A stretch of 64,000 nt of DNA from an uncultured Parabacteroides sp. (GTDB lineage Bacteria; Bacteroidota; Bacteroidia; Bacteroidales; Tannerellaceae): positions 12,382 to 76,381 of the forward strand of contig NZ_CAJJWO010000003.1 of assembly GCF_905196875.1 (NCBI RefSeq), read 5' to 3'. The number at the start of each line of letters is the position of its first letter. Positions within the stretch are counted from its first letter, which is position 1. The position numbers were made by a program, and so were the translations under genes. Positions 55,804 through 64,000 of this stretch are shown here, piece by piece. Below the pieces are notes generated by a model that was not told the origin of the DNA, did no database searches, and saw only the letters and a program-made list of their open reading frames with translations.

Positions 55804-58800
55804 TTAGCTCTCTTTCCTTCTGTTTTCTTCTTTAAATTGGGTTGGAGTCATTCCTTTGATTTGTTTAAATATGGTACTGAAATACCGTTGATAAGTGAAA
55901 CCTACTTCATAAGATATTTCCGATATGTTCAAATCCGTTTGTATAAGCATCAAAGAGGCTTTCTCTATCCGGATTCTATTGATGTAATCGTTAACGCCCA
56001 TACCGGTAAGAGCTTTTACCTTGTTATATAAGGAAGCACGACTCATGGTCATCTTTTTCATCAGATAGCTTACATCGAGGTCCGGGTTGGCCAGATTATT
56101 ATCTATCAGTTCATTCATCTTCGACATGAAATGTTCGTCTACATTGCTGATTGTGGTCTCCTGTGGCAGGAGCAGGGTAGAAGATTCCTTATATTTTTGT
56201 TTGATGGCTTCCCGGCTTTTCAGCAAATTAAGAATGATAGTCAGCAGGAAGTCTAATTCAAACGGTTTCGGGATATAAAAATCCGCACCGAGCTTATATC
56301 CTTGTGCAGTACTTTCCTGGTCGCATTTGGCTGTCAGCAGGATGATGGGGACATGGCTGATTTCAATATCGTTCTTTATATTCTTACAAAGTTCATAGCC
56401 GTCCATCCGGGGCATCATAACGTCGCTGACGATGATATCCGGTTGTTTGGCTTTCGTTATTTCCAGGGCGGCAAGACCATTTTCTGCAGTATAAACCTGC
56501 TTGAATATATCTTTGAACGAATCTTTCAGGAAAAGCCGGAGTTCATCTTTATCTTCTACGATGAGTAAAGAATATCCGGCACAGGAAATTCCGGTCGCGG
56601 ACAAGTCTAATGGTATAGATAGATTTTCGCTAATCTCTGTTTCCTGTACCTCTTGCTGTCCGGAGTTGGTGCTATCGGTCAATGCGGGTAACTCATAATA
56701 GAATGTAGCTCCTCTGTCCGGATTGTTATATGCACCTATCCGCCCTCCATGCATTTCAATCAATATTTTGGCATAAGATAAACCGATTCCGCTACCACTC
56801 TTATTATGTTCACCTTGATAAAAACGGTTGAAAAGCTTTTTGGGGTCCACATTTTGCAGACCGATACCCTGGTCTGTGACGGCGACTCTGACATAGTTAC
56901 CCATTAGTTGGGTCGATATTGTTATCTGTGTCTCCGGTTCACTGAATTTGAGGGCGTTCATCAGTATGTTGGAAAAAATAGTCTGGCATTTCCATTCATC
57001 GAACCAGATTGAATCAATCTGAGTATCCAGCTGATATATCAGCTGGATACTCTTTTCCTTTAATTCAGTATTGAAATCTTCGGAGACGGATACTATCCAT
57101 TTATTTAATGGATGAGGCTGTTTTTGTAAAGACTTTTGCTCCGTTTTGATACGGTTCAGGTCGAGAACCATGTTAATCAGATTTTTCATTTTTCTCGACT
57201 GTTTGTAAATAGTATTTAACTGTCCGTGAATAACTTCAAGATTCAGATTCTCATGGCTGGTATCGATAAGTCTTTTCAACGGGGCGTAAATGAGTGTAAG
57301 GGGAGTCCTGAGTTCATGGCTAATATTGACCAGGAACTGTATCTTTTCTTCGTTCATGGCCTGTTCATGTTCTTTCATTTCCCACTTCAGCCGGTTTTCT
57401 TTTTTCTTCAGGATAATATATACCGTGATGGAAATGACTCCTATGATTAACAGAATTATGCTGAAAATAAAAAGGTTACTTTTATACCAGGGGGGAGTGA
57501 TATGGAGTGTGAGTATCTTTTTGGGCTCGCTCCATATCCCGCTTTTCGTATTGTAGGATGCAATAATCGAATAACTTCCCGGGAGTAATACCGGTAGGTT
57601 TAGTTTGTTATTATAAGATTCGATGTATTGCTCGTTTGCCCCTTCTATTTTGTAGCGGAACATTGTTTTTCTGAATATATCTTTCTGATTTATATTGAAT
57701 ACGACCGATAGAGATGTATAATTCCAGGGAACCGTTATTGACCGTTGAGTTGCATCGAACTCTTTCAGATAAGTGCTTCCGTTGAATAGAATATCGGATA
57801 AATCAATTTCCGGTTGAAGATCGTCATTATAGGAGATATTCTTATCTATTTTTACCAGTCCGTCGGTTCCTGCCAGGTAGATGTTATTTGTTTTGGACTG
57901 TTCCTGGTACATAAACAGGATTTCATTCGGTGAAAATCCGTCGGATTCGCTCCAGATAATAAATCTTCCTTCATCGATAACATACGAAAAGAGCATATTC
58001 TGTGCACCTATCCAGAGACGTTCTTTATCGTCAAGGAAAAGATAAGACACGTTATTGAAAAGCCGGGTATTGATTCGGTGTAATACTTTCTCATTCAGAT
58101 TGTAATAACTGAGTCCCTGGTCGCTTCCTATCCAGAGGGTCCCTTTTTTATCATAACAAAGAGTATGGATCGTTTCATTCGGCTCAGTGGTGAATAGAAG
58201 GGACAGGCTGTCGTTCTCTTGTAATGTCTGTAAGACATAATTCTCTTTTATCATGAAAATAAGCGAATCGTCCGCATAGGTCAGGTTCAGTGCTTCCAGG
58301 GAGAAATCGGTTTCTTTTGTTTTTAGGGTAGAGAAGGTCTTTGTCTCAGGATAGTAGATATGTGCACTGAGCGATAAAATATATATTCTGTCGTTGCTGA
58401 CTTTATGCGCTAGGGGCATAAAGCCGTAATAACATTCTTCTGTATTGATCTGGTTGTTGACAATGGTAAATGGAGTGTATTTTCCCGTTTTCTTGTTGAA
58501 AACAACTATTCCCTGATTGAATAACGATACTAGAAGTTCTGTGTCGGATAAGCCGGTGATGGAAGTCACCTTATCGCCGTAGGTGAAGGTGAATTGTTTG
58601 AATGTATCGGTAAATGGGTTGTATACATTGATCCCTCCGCCGTCTGTCCCGATCCATAAAAGACTGTCATTGTCTTCGTACAGGCTGGTAATGGCTTTTT
58701 CGCTTAATCCGTTGGTGTTGTTTAAGGCTACGTCTTTGAATGTCTTGATATAAGTTTCTTTAATTCCGAATATACCGCCTCTCACGCTCCCTGCCCAGAG

Positions 58801-59745
58801 GTTATTTTCATTATCCATATAGAGAACAGTGATGGAATTGACGGGAAGTGAATTTACATCTCCCGGAACGTGTTGTAAGACGGTAAAATCTTTAGTGTCG
58901 GGATGATAAATATTGATTCCTCCTCCGTCTGTCCCTATCCATATGTTTCCGTCTTTTTCCAGAATGCAGAGAATGATATTGTTACTTAGTTTAGAGTCTT
59001 CGCTTTTGTAGTGGGCGATCAATTTCCCTTTCGGATCGTAGCAGAAAAGTCCCTGTCTGTATGGTGATAGATAAATATATCCTTTTTCATTGATAAAAAT
59101 GGCGGATACGGTATTGGTAAATGGCAACGAGTTATCTTTATAAATTTCGTTTGTCGTATAATTATAGGTGAGTAGCCCATGTTTCTTTGTATTCAGTAAT
59201 ACTTTTCCTTCTATTTTTAATATGTTGAGAATCGAGTATTCTCCGCTTTCCCGTAGGTGATTTTCCGTATGAAGAAGGATACGTTCGGTATTTTTGTTTT
59301 GGTAGTCGAACCGGTAAAGTGTTTTTTCTCCTCCGAAAAGAATCCCTCCGGGTATACAGAGATAAGAAAATATCTTTTCTTTTATGATCGGGTCGAAGTG
59401 GTTATAGTCCGGATTATATTTAACCAATCCCTTGTTAGTAGAAACCCAAAGATTATTGAGTGAATCTTCCGCAACAAATTGTATGTGGTTACCGGGAAGC
59501 GAATATTTATTGTCTTTTTCGTTGAAGAAGCTTTTTAGCTCATGTTGGTCGTAGCAGTTTAAGCCGGATTTTGTTCCTATCCATAATATTCCTTTATGGT
59601 CACATAGAATAGAGTTGATGCTCGATTGTGATAATCCCTGCTCGATTGCTATTTGTTTGAAGTAATAGCTGGCGTTGTTACATTGTCCGATACCAGGTAA
59701 AAGACAGAGTAGAATAACACATGCTATGTGTGAAAAAAACTTCAT
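55804..59745 (-). CDS. Hybrid two-component system sensor/regulator
   Basis: Propeller repeats (WIGTDGGG), TM, SHELRTPL, GSGIGL, VSDVMMP, AraC HTH; TATATTTG -7 element at 59766-59773. Confidence 0.95.
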   Translation of the reverse strand: MKFFSHIACVILLCLLPGIGQCNNASYYFKQIAIEQGLSQSSINSILCDHKGILWIGTKSGLNCYDQHELKSFFNEKDNKYSLPGNHIQFVAEDSLNNLWVSTNKGLVKYNPDYNHFDPIIKEKIFSYLCIPGGILFGGEKTLYRFDYQNKNTERILLHTENHLRESGEYSILNILKIEGKVLLNTKKHGLLTYNYTTNEIYKDNSLPFTNTVSAIFINEKGYIYLSPYRQGLFCYDPKGKLIAHYKSEDSKLSNNIILCILEKDGNIWIGTDGGGINIYHPDTKDFTVLQHVPGDVNSLPVNSITVLYMDNENNLWAGSVRGGIFGIKETYIKTFKDVALNNTNGLSEKAITSLYEDNDSLLWIGTDGGGINVYNPFTDTFKQFTFTYGDKVTSITGLSDTELLVSLFNQGIVVFNKKTGKYTPFTIVNNQINTEECYYGFMPLAHKVSNDRIYILSLSAHIYYPETKTFSTLKTKETDFSLEALNLTYADDSLIFMIKENYVLQTLQENDSLSLLFTTEPNETIHTLCYDKKGTLWIGSDQGLSYYNLNEKVLHRINTRLFNNVSYLFLDDKERLWIGAQNMLFSYVIDEGRFIIWSESDGFSPNEILFMYQEQSKTNNIYLAGTDGLVKIDKNISYNDDLQPEIDLSDILFNGSTYLKEFDATQRSITVPWNYTSLSVVFNINQKDIFRKTMFRYKIEGANEQYIESYNNKLNLPVLLPGSYSIIASYNTKSGIWSEPKKILTLHITPPWYKSNLFIFSIILLIIGVISITVYIILKKKENRLKWEMKEHEQAMNEEKIQFLVNISHELRTPLTLIYAPLKRLIDTSHENLNLEVIHGQLNTIYKQSRKMKNLINMVLDLNRIKTEQKSLQKQPHPLNKWIVSVSEDFNTELKEKSIQLIYQLDTQIDSIWFDEWKCQTIFSNILMNALKFSEPETQITISTQLMGNYVRVAVTDQGIGLQNVDPKKLFNRFYQGEHNKSGSGIGLSYAKILIEMHGGRIGAYNNPDRGATFYYELPALTDSTNSGQQEVQETEISENLSIPLDLSATGISCAGYSLLIVEDKDELRLFLKDSFKDIFKQVYTAENGLAALEITKAKQPDIIVSDVMMPRMDGYELCKNIKNDIEISHVPIILLTAKCDQESTAQGYKLGADFYIPKPFELDFLLTIILNLLKSREAIKQKYKESSTLLLPQETTISNVDEHFMSKMNELIDNNLANPDLDVSYLMKKMTMSRASLYNKVKALTGMGVNDYINRIRIEKASLMLIQTDLNISEISYEVGFTYQRYFSTIFKQIKGMTPTQFKEENRRKES

Positions 59746-59865
59746 AATTCAATTTTACTTTTTTACAAATATACGGCTAAACAATGAATTTCCCAACAAG
59801 GATAATAGCCTGAAGAGTGAATTTGTATTCAAAATGTTGATTGCTATTTATTGATTAATAAATGA

Positions 59866-59931
59866 TTATACAATAGAGGAATACTTTTAGACAGGATTTG
59901 ATGCCCTTTTTGAAAGCAGACTATACATTTG
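59866..59931 (+). promoter_or_regulatory. susC promoter with candidate HTCS direct-repeat site
   Basis: TTATACA (59866) and TTAGACA (59887) at 21-nt period; TACATTTG -7 element at 59924-59931. Confidence 0.55.
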
Positions 59932-60067
59932 TCGGCATATCTTAAATTTGAAATCAGATGAAAAAAAATGTAATTATTATGCAGAAAGGACCACCTCCGT
60001 CTAATCGATGGATTCTTGGAAAAATGATTGGTGATTTTGACTTTAAACTAAAAATACGATTAAACTT

Positions 60068-63000
60068 ATGAATCAAGTACAGGCTAAGTATAAGCTGGTA
60101 GGTAGTCCTCTTCAAAAGGTCGGCGTACTGTTGCTGCTTATTTTGTTTATACGACCAGATGTACAGGCTGAGGCTAACAGTCCAGCTCTTACTTCCGGTC
60201 TGGAGAGTAATGTTCCGTCCATCACCCAGCAAAAAGGACAAAAGAAGCTGGTAAAGGGAACGGTCAGCGACGATGCTGGCGAATTAATGATAGGAGCCAC
60301 GATTTCTATCAAGGGAACGGCTCAGGGAGTTCTTTCTGATATAAATGGGAATTATGAAATTGAATGTACGGACAATGATATTCTTCAGGTTTCTTATCTG
60401 GGCTATACGCCTCAGGATATAAAGGTTGGTAACCGGAAAGTCATCAATGTTGTTTTGGCTTCCGACAATGTTCAGCTGGAAGAGGTGCAGATCATCGCTT
60501 ATGGAACCCAGAAGAAGTTGACTGTGACCGGCTCTGTTTCTTCGATTGACACAAAAGATTTATTAAAATCGCCCACATCCAGTATCGGTAATATGCTGGC
60601 CGGCTCTGTTTCGGGTATTTCAACCGTTCAGTATAGCGGACAGCCCGGAGCTGAAGATCCGGAAATATTTGTCAGAGGTATTGCTTCTTTGGATGGCGTT
60701 CGCTCACAACCATTGATTCTGGTGGATGGGGTGGAACGTTCTTTCTTTCGCATGGATCCTAATGAAATAGAAAATATTACTGTTTTGAAGGATGCTTCGG
60801 CAACGGCCGTATTCGGGGTGCGGGGTGCGAATGGAGTTATCCTGGTAACGACACGCAGAGGAAAAGAAGGACGTACGGAAATATCGCTGTCTTCTTCAGT
60901 CGGTATCAGTGAAGCAATGCGTGTTCCGGAAATGATGGGAAGTTATGAACATGCCAAATATTTTAATGAAATGCAATTGAGCGACAATCCCGATTTGGGT
61001 CCCAATGATTTGAGATTTTCGCCTTATGTATTGGATATGTTCCGGACGAATGCCGATCCGATCATGTTCCCGAATACGAACTGGGAAGATTTGATGTTTA
61101 AGAAAGTATCTTTACAAACACAGCATAACCTGAATATTTCGGGGGGAACGAAAGATGTGAAGTTTTTTATTTCCCTGGGGTATCTGTATCAGGATGGTTT
61201 GCTGAAGAGATTTTATGAAAGTTATAATCCGAACTATAAAAACAACCGTTATAACTACCGGGCGAATCTCGACATTAACATAACTAAGAGCACTACTTTG
61301 AAATTGGGGTTGGGGGGCCGTCTAGAAACAAAGAAGGATCCTAAGTTCGGTGAACAAAATAATTTGTGGATGGAGATTCTCCGCGTACAGCCATTCTCCA
61401 GCCCGGGCTTTGTAGATGGAAATCTGGTTCAGATTAAAAACCGTTATATTCCGATGACAATGCGTAACCTATTCTCCATGTATTATGGAAAAGGATACAC
61501 AGAGGCTTCTCAAAATACGATGAATCTGGATATGGATTTAACACAGAAACTGGATTTTATCACCAAAGGCCTTTCTTTTAATATTAAAGGAGCTTACAAT
61601 ACCTCTTATACGGGAAGTAAATCATGGAACGGCTCGATGGAATCGTATACTCCGGTCTATAAATCCAGTCTGACCGATCCGGGATTGGCTATCGATGATC
61701 CTAATTTTGATCATACGATTGTGTATCAGCTTGAAGGTACAGCGAGTGCTTTGTCCGCTTCGGAGGACTGGAGTACCAAGACACGCGACTGGTATGTGGA
61801 GGCCAGCTTACATTACGACCGTACTTTCGGGGACCATAAAGTCGGCGGCTTGCTTTTGTATAATATGACCAAACAGTATTATCCCAAGGCTAATACGGAT
61901 ATCCCGAAAGGATATTTGGGATTGGTTGGACGTGTCACCTATACTTATAAAGATCGCTATCTGGTTGATTTCAATGCTGGTTATAACGGTTCGGAAAACT
62001 TTGCACCGGGTAAACGGTACGGATTTTTTCCGGCGGCTTCACTCGGTTGGGTGATATCGGAAGAGAAGTTTATGAAGCAGGTAGATTTTATCAGCTTTCT
62101 TAAATTAAGAGCTTCTTACGGTCTGGTAGGTAACGATATATTGAATGAATATAAACGTTTTCTGTATTTGCCGGACTCATATTCTGCCAGTTCGGGCGGA
62201 TATTATTGGGGAGTGAATACGCCGCAGGCTTATCCGGGTGCATCGGAACTGATTCTGGGAAATCCGGATGTTACCTGGGAGAAGGCTGCCAAGCAAAACT
62301 ACGGTTTGGATATGAACTTGCTGGATCAGCGTTTGAGTTTCTCTCTGGATGTATTTTTGGAGAAACGTAAGGATATTCTTATCCAACAAAATACAGTTCC
62401 GGGATTCGTTGCTGCCGACCTGCCTGCTGTCAATTTAGGAAAAGTGAACAATAAAGGATATGAAATCTCTTTGGGATGGAACGGTAAAATTGATAGTAAG
62501 TTCCGCTACTGGTTGAAAGGAAACATTTCTTTCTCCAGAAATGAGATTGTTTATAAAGATGAAATTCCACAGAATGAGCCTTATATGTATGAAACAGGGC
62601 GTTCTATTGGTTTGAATTACGGATATGTTTTCGACCGTTTCTTCGAGGCAAAAGACTTTAATGAGGATGGCTCGACAATCACGGGAATCCCTACGCAGTC
62701 GGGAACATTTAAACCGGGTGATATACTGTTCAAAGACCTTAATAATGATGGAGTAATTGATGGGGATGATAAAACTTATTTCGGTTATGGGGAAAATCCA
62801 GAATATATTTTCGGCCTGAATGCCGGATTCGAATATAAGGGGTTTGACTTCTCGATGAATTGGACAGGGGCAACTAACGTTTCCAGACGTTTGGAAGAAG
62901 ACTTTACCCGTCCGTTCAATACCGGTGACGCTCCCCTGATGAAATGGATGGTCGAGGAACGTTGGACAGAAGAGAAAGGACAATCGGCCCAATTTCCGCG

Positions 63001-63277
63001 TTTTACCCAAACCAACAGAATGCATAATTCGCAAATGTCGGATTTCTGGGTGAGAGATGCTTCTTATCTGCGTCTGAAGAACCTGGAGATAGGATATACG
63101 TTGAATGCGGATGTGTTGAAGAAAGTCGGTATTCAGAAACTCAGGGTGTTTGCCAACGGATATAACCTGCTGACATTTGACCATCTGGGATTTATCGACC
63201 CGGAATCAAAAATCAGTAATAAGAACAAGTATCCCAATACGCGTATTTACAATTTTGGAGTGAATGTAAATTTCTAA
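60068..63277 (+). CDS. SusC/RagA-family TonB-dependent transporter
   Basis: LVDGVERSF, VLKDASATAVFGVRGANGVILVTT, GYNGSENFAPGKRYGFFP, C-terminal Phe. Confidence 0.95.
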   Translation: MNQVQAKYKLVGSPLQKVGVLLLLILFIRPDVQAEANSPALTSGLESNVPSITQQKGQKKLVKGTVSDDAGELMIGATISIKGTAQGVLSDINGNYEIECTDNDILQVSYLGYTPQDIKVGNRKVINVVLASDNVQLEEVQIIAYGTQKKLTVTGSVSSIDTKDLLKSPTSSIGNMLAGSVSGISTVQYSGQPGAEDPEIFVRGIASLDGVRSQPLILVDGVERSFFRMDPNEIENITVLKDASATAVFGVRGANGVILVTTRRGKEGRTEISLSSSVGISEAMRVPEMMGSYEHAKYFNEMQLSDNPDLGPNDLRFSPYVLDMFRTNADPIMFPNTNWEDLMFKKVSLQTQHNLNISGGTKDVKFFISLGYLYQDGLLKRFYESYNPNYKNNRYNYRANLDINITKSTTLKLGLGGRLETKKDPKFGEQNNLWMEILRVQPFSSPGFVDGNLVQIKNRYIPMTMRNLFSMYYGKGYTEASQNTMNLDMDLTQKLDFITKGLSFNIKGAYNTSYTGSKSWNGSMESYTPVYKSSLTDPGLAIDDPNFDHTIVYQLEGTASALSASEDWSTKTRDWYVEASLHYDRTFGDHKVGGLLLYNMTKQYYPKANTDIPKGYLGLVGRVTYTYKDRYLVDFNAGYNGSENFAPGKRYGFFPAASLGWVISEEKFMKQVDFISFLKLRASYGLVGNDILNEYKRFLYLPDSYSASSGGYYWGVNTPQAYPGASELILGNPDVTWEKAAKQNYGLDMNLLDQRLSFSLDVFLEKRKDILIQQNTVPGFVAADLPAVNLGKVNNKGYEISLGWNGKIDSKFRYWLKGNISFSRNEIVYKDEIPQNEPYMYETGRSIGLNYGYVFDRFFEAKDFNEDGSTITGIPTQSGTFKPGDILFKDLNNDGVIDGDDKTYFGYGENPEYIFGLNAGFEYKGFDFSMNWTGATNVSRRLEEDFTRPFNTGDAPLMKWMVEERWTEEKGQSAQFPRFTQTNRMHNSQMSDFWVRDASYLRLKNLEIGYTLNADVLKKVGIQKLRVFANGYNLLTFDHLGFIDPESKISNKNKYPNTRIYNFGVNVNF

Positions 63278-63290
63278 TGATACAAATAGT

Positions 63291-64000
63291 ATGAAAAGAT
63301 TATTAATACCAATATCTATAATAGCTGCCTCTTTCTATTTCGGTTCATGTAATGACTTGAAGATAGGCGATGATTTTCTGGAAAAAGCCCCGGGAGCAGA
63401 TGTAACGTTGGATACGATTTTTGCTTCCAAGCAGTATGCCGAACGTGCGCTGGCTGCGGCTTACAGGCATTTACCCTATGGGGTTATGTACAGTTGGGAC
63501 CCTGCCGAAGATAAACTGGGAGTGGACCTGCTTGAATCGACAACCGACCTTTGCCAGTCTTACCTGGGATGGGGTTGTGGTGCGGAACGTCATTATTATA
63601 ACGGACAATATAATGCATCTGTTGCCGACACCTATGATGTAATGTATGCTTACACAAAAGAACGTAGTTGGGAAGCCATTCGTAAAGCGTATATTTTCTT
63701 GGAAAACGTAGACCGGGTACCGGATATGACAGCAGAAGAAAAGGCTATCCGTAAGGGGGAAGCCAAGATGGTGATAGCGGTACAGTACACTCAAATGATG
63801 CGTCATTTCGGCGGCTTGCCTTTGATTGATAAAGCGATTTACCCGGGCGATGACTATAATTATCCGCGTGAAACTATTGAAAAGACGGTTAACTTTATCG
63901 TCAATTTGTGTAATGAAGCGGCATCCGTACTTCCCTGGCAGGTATCGGTGGAAGAAGACGGGCGCTTTACCAAAGCTGCTGCACTCGGATTGAAGGTGCG
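63291..64000 (+). CDS. SusD/RagB-family lipoprotein (partial, runs off the window)
   Basis: MKRLLIPISIIAASFYFGSC lipobox, FLEKAPGADVTLDTIF, later GEAKMVIA..MRHFGGLP; no stop seen before the window end. Confidence 0.88.
   Translation, partial: MKRLLIPISIIAASFYFGSCNDLKIGDDFLEKAPGADVTLDTIFASKQYAERALAAAYRHLPYGVMYSWDPAEDKLGVDLLESTTDLCQSYLGWGCGAERHYYNGQYNASVADTYDVMYAYTKERSWEAIRKAYIFLENVDRVPDMTAEEKAIRKGEAKMVIAVQYTQMMRHFGGLPLIDKAIYPGDDYNYPRETIEKTVNFIVNLCNEAASVLPWQVSVEEDGRFTKAAALGLKV

Noticed and set aside
1..64000. tRNA, rRNA, IS transposase or prophage genes
   Set aside because: None recognisable; intergenic spaces are short and are explained by promoters, terminators and the listed repeats.

Overview
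This is a Bacteroidales chromosomal window, Parabacteroides-like by gene content and TAnnTTTG promoters; the taxon is an inference. In order it contains: a SusC/SusD pair; gadB-glsA acid-resistance genes; a hipBA toxin-antitoxin pair beside a probable integrase N-terminal remnant; sulP and rubrerythrin; a 15.7 kb seven-gene transport operon; a two-gene small membrane protein module; an HTCS-controlled PUL with two Ser-type sulfatases and a GH29-GH36(Sip1) fusion; an ECF sigma/anti-sigma PUL with a NanOU-like SusC/D pair, a predicted antisense sRNA and a GH29 fucosidase; nadB; a TapB-like secreted protein; and a second HTCS with a SusC/D pair running off the right edge. The most striking system is the 12096-27787 operon, an apparent RND-ABC hybrid. 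It encodes TolC, an MFP and two AcrB-family permeases, one fused to an intact ABC ATPase whose first beta-hairpin is interrupted by about 4 TM helices. It also encodes a paralogous free ATPase and two ABC-2-like membrane proteins, one carrying an HExxH-less M1-peptidase-like region and a golvesin/xanthan-lyase-like C-terminal domain. Several short palindromic repeat arrays (8-, 22- and 41-nt period) and a GTAG REP inside a coding sequence were also seen. All family assignments come from motif reading and recall, not database searches.
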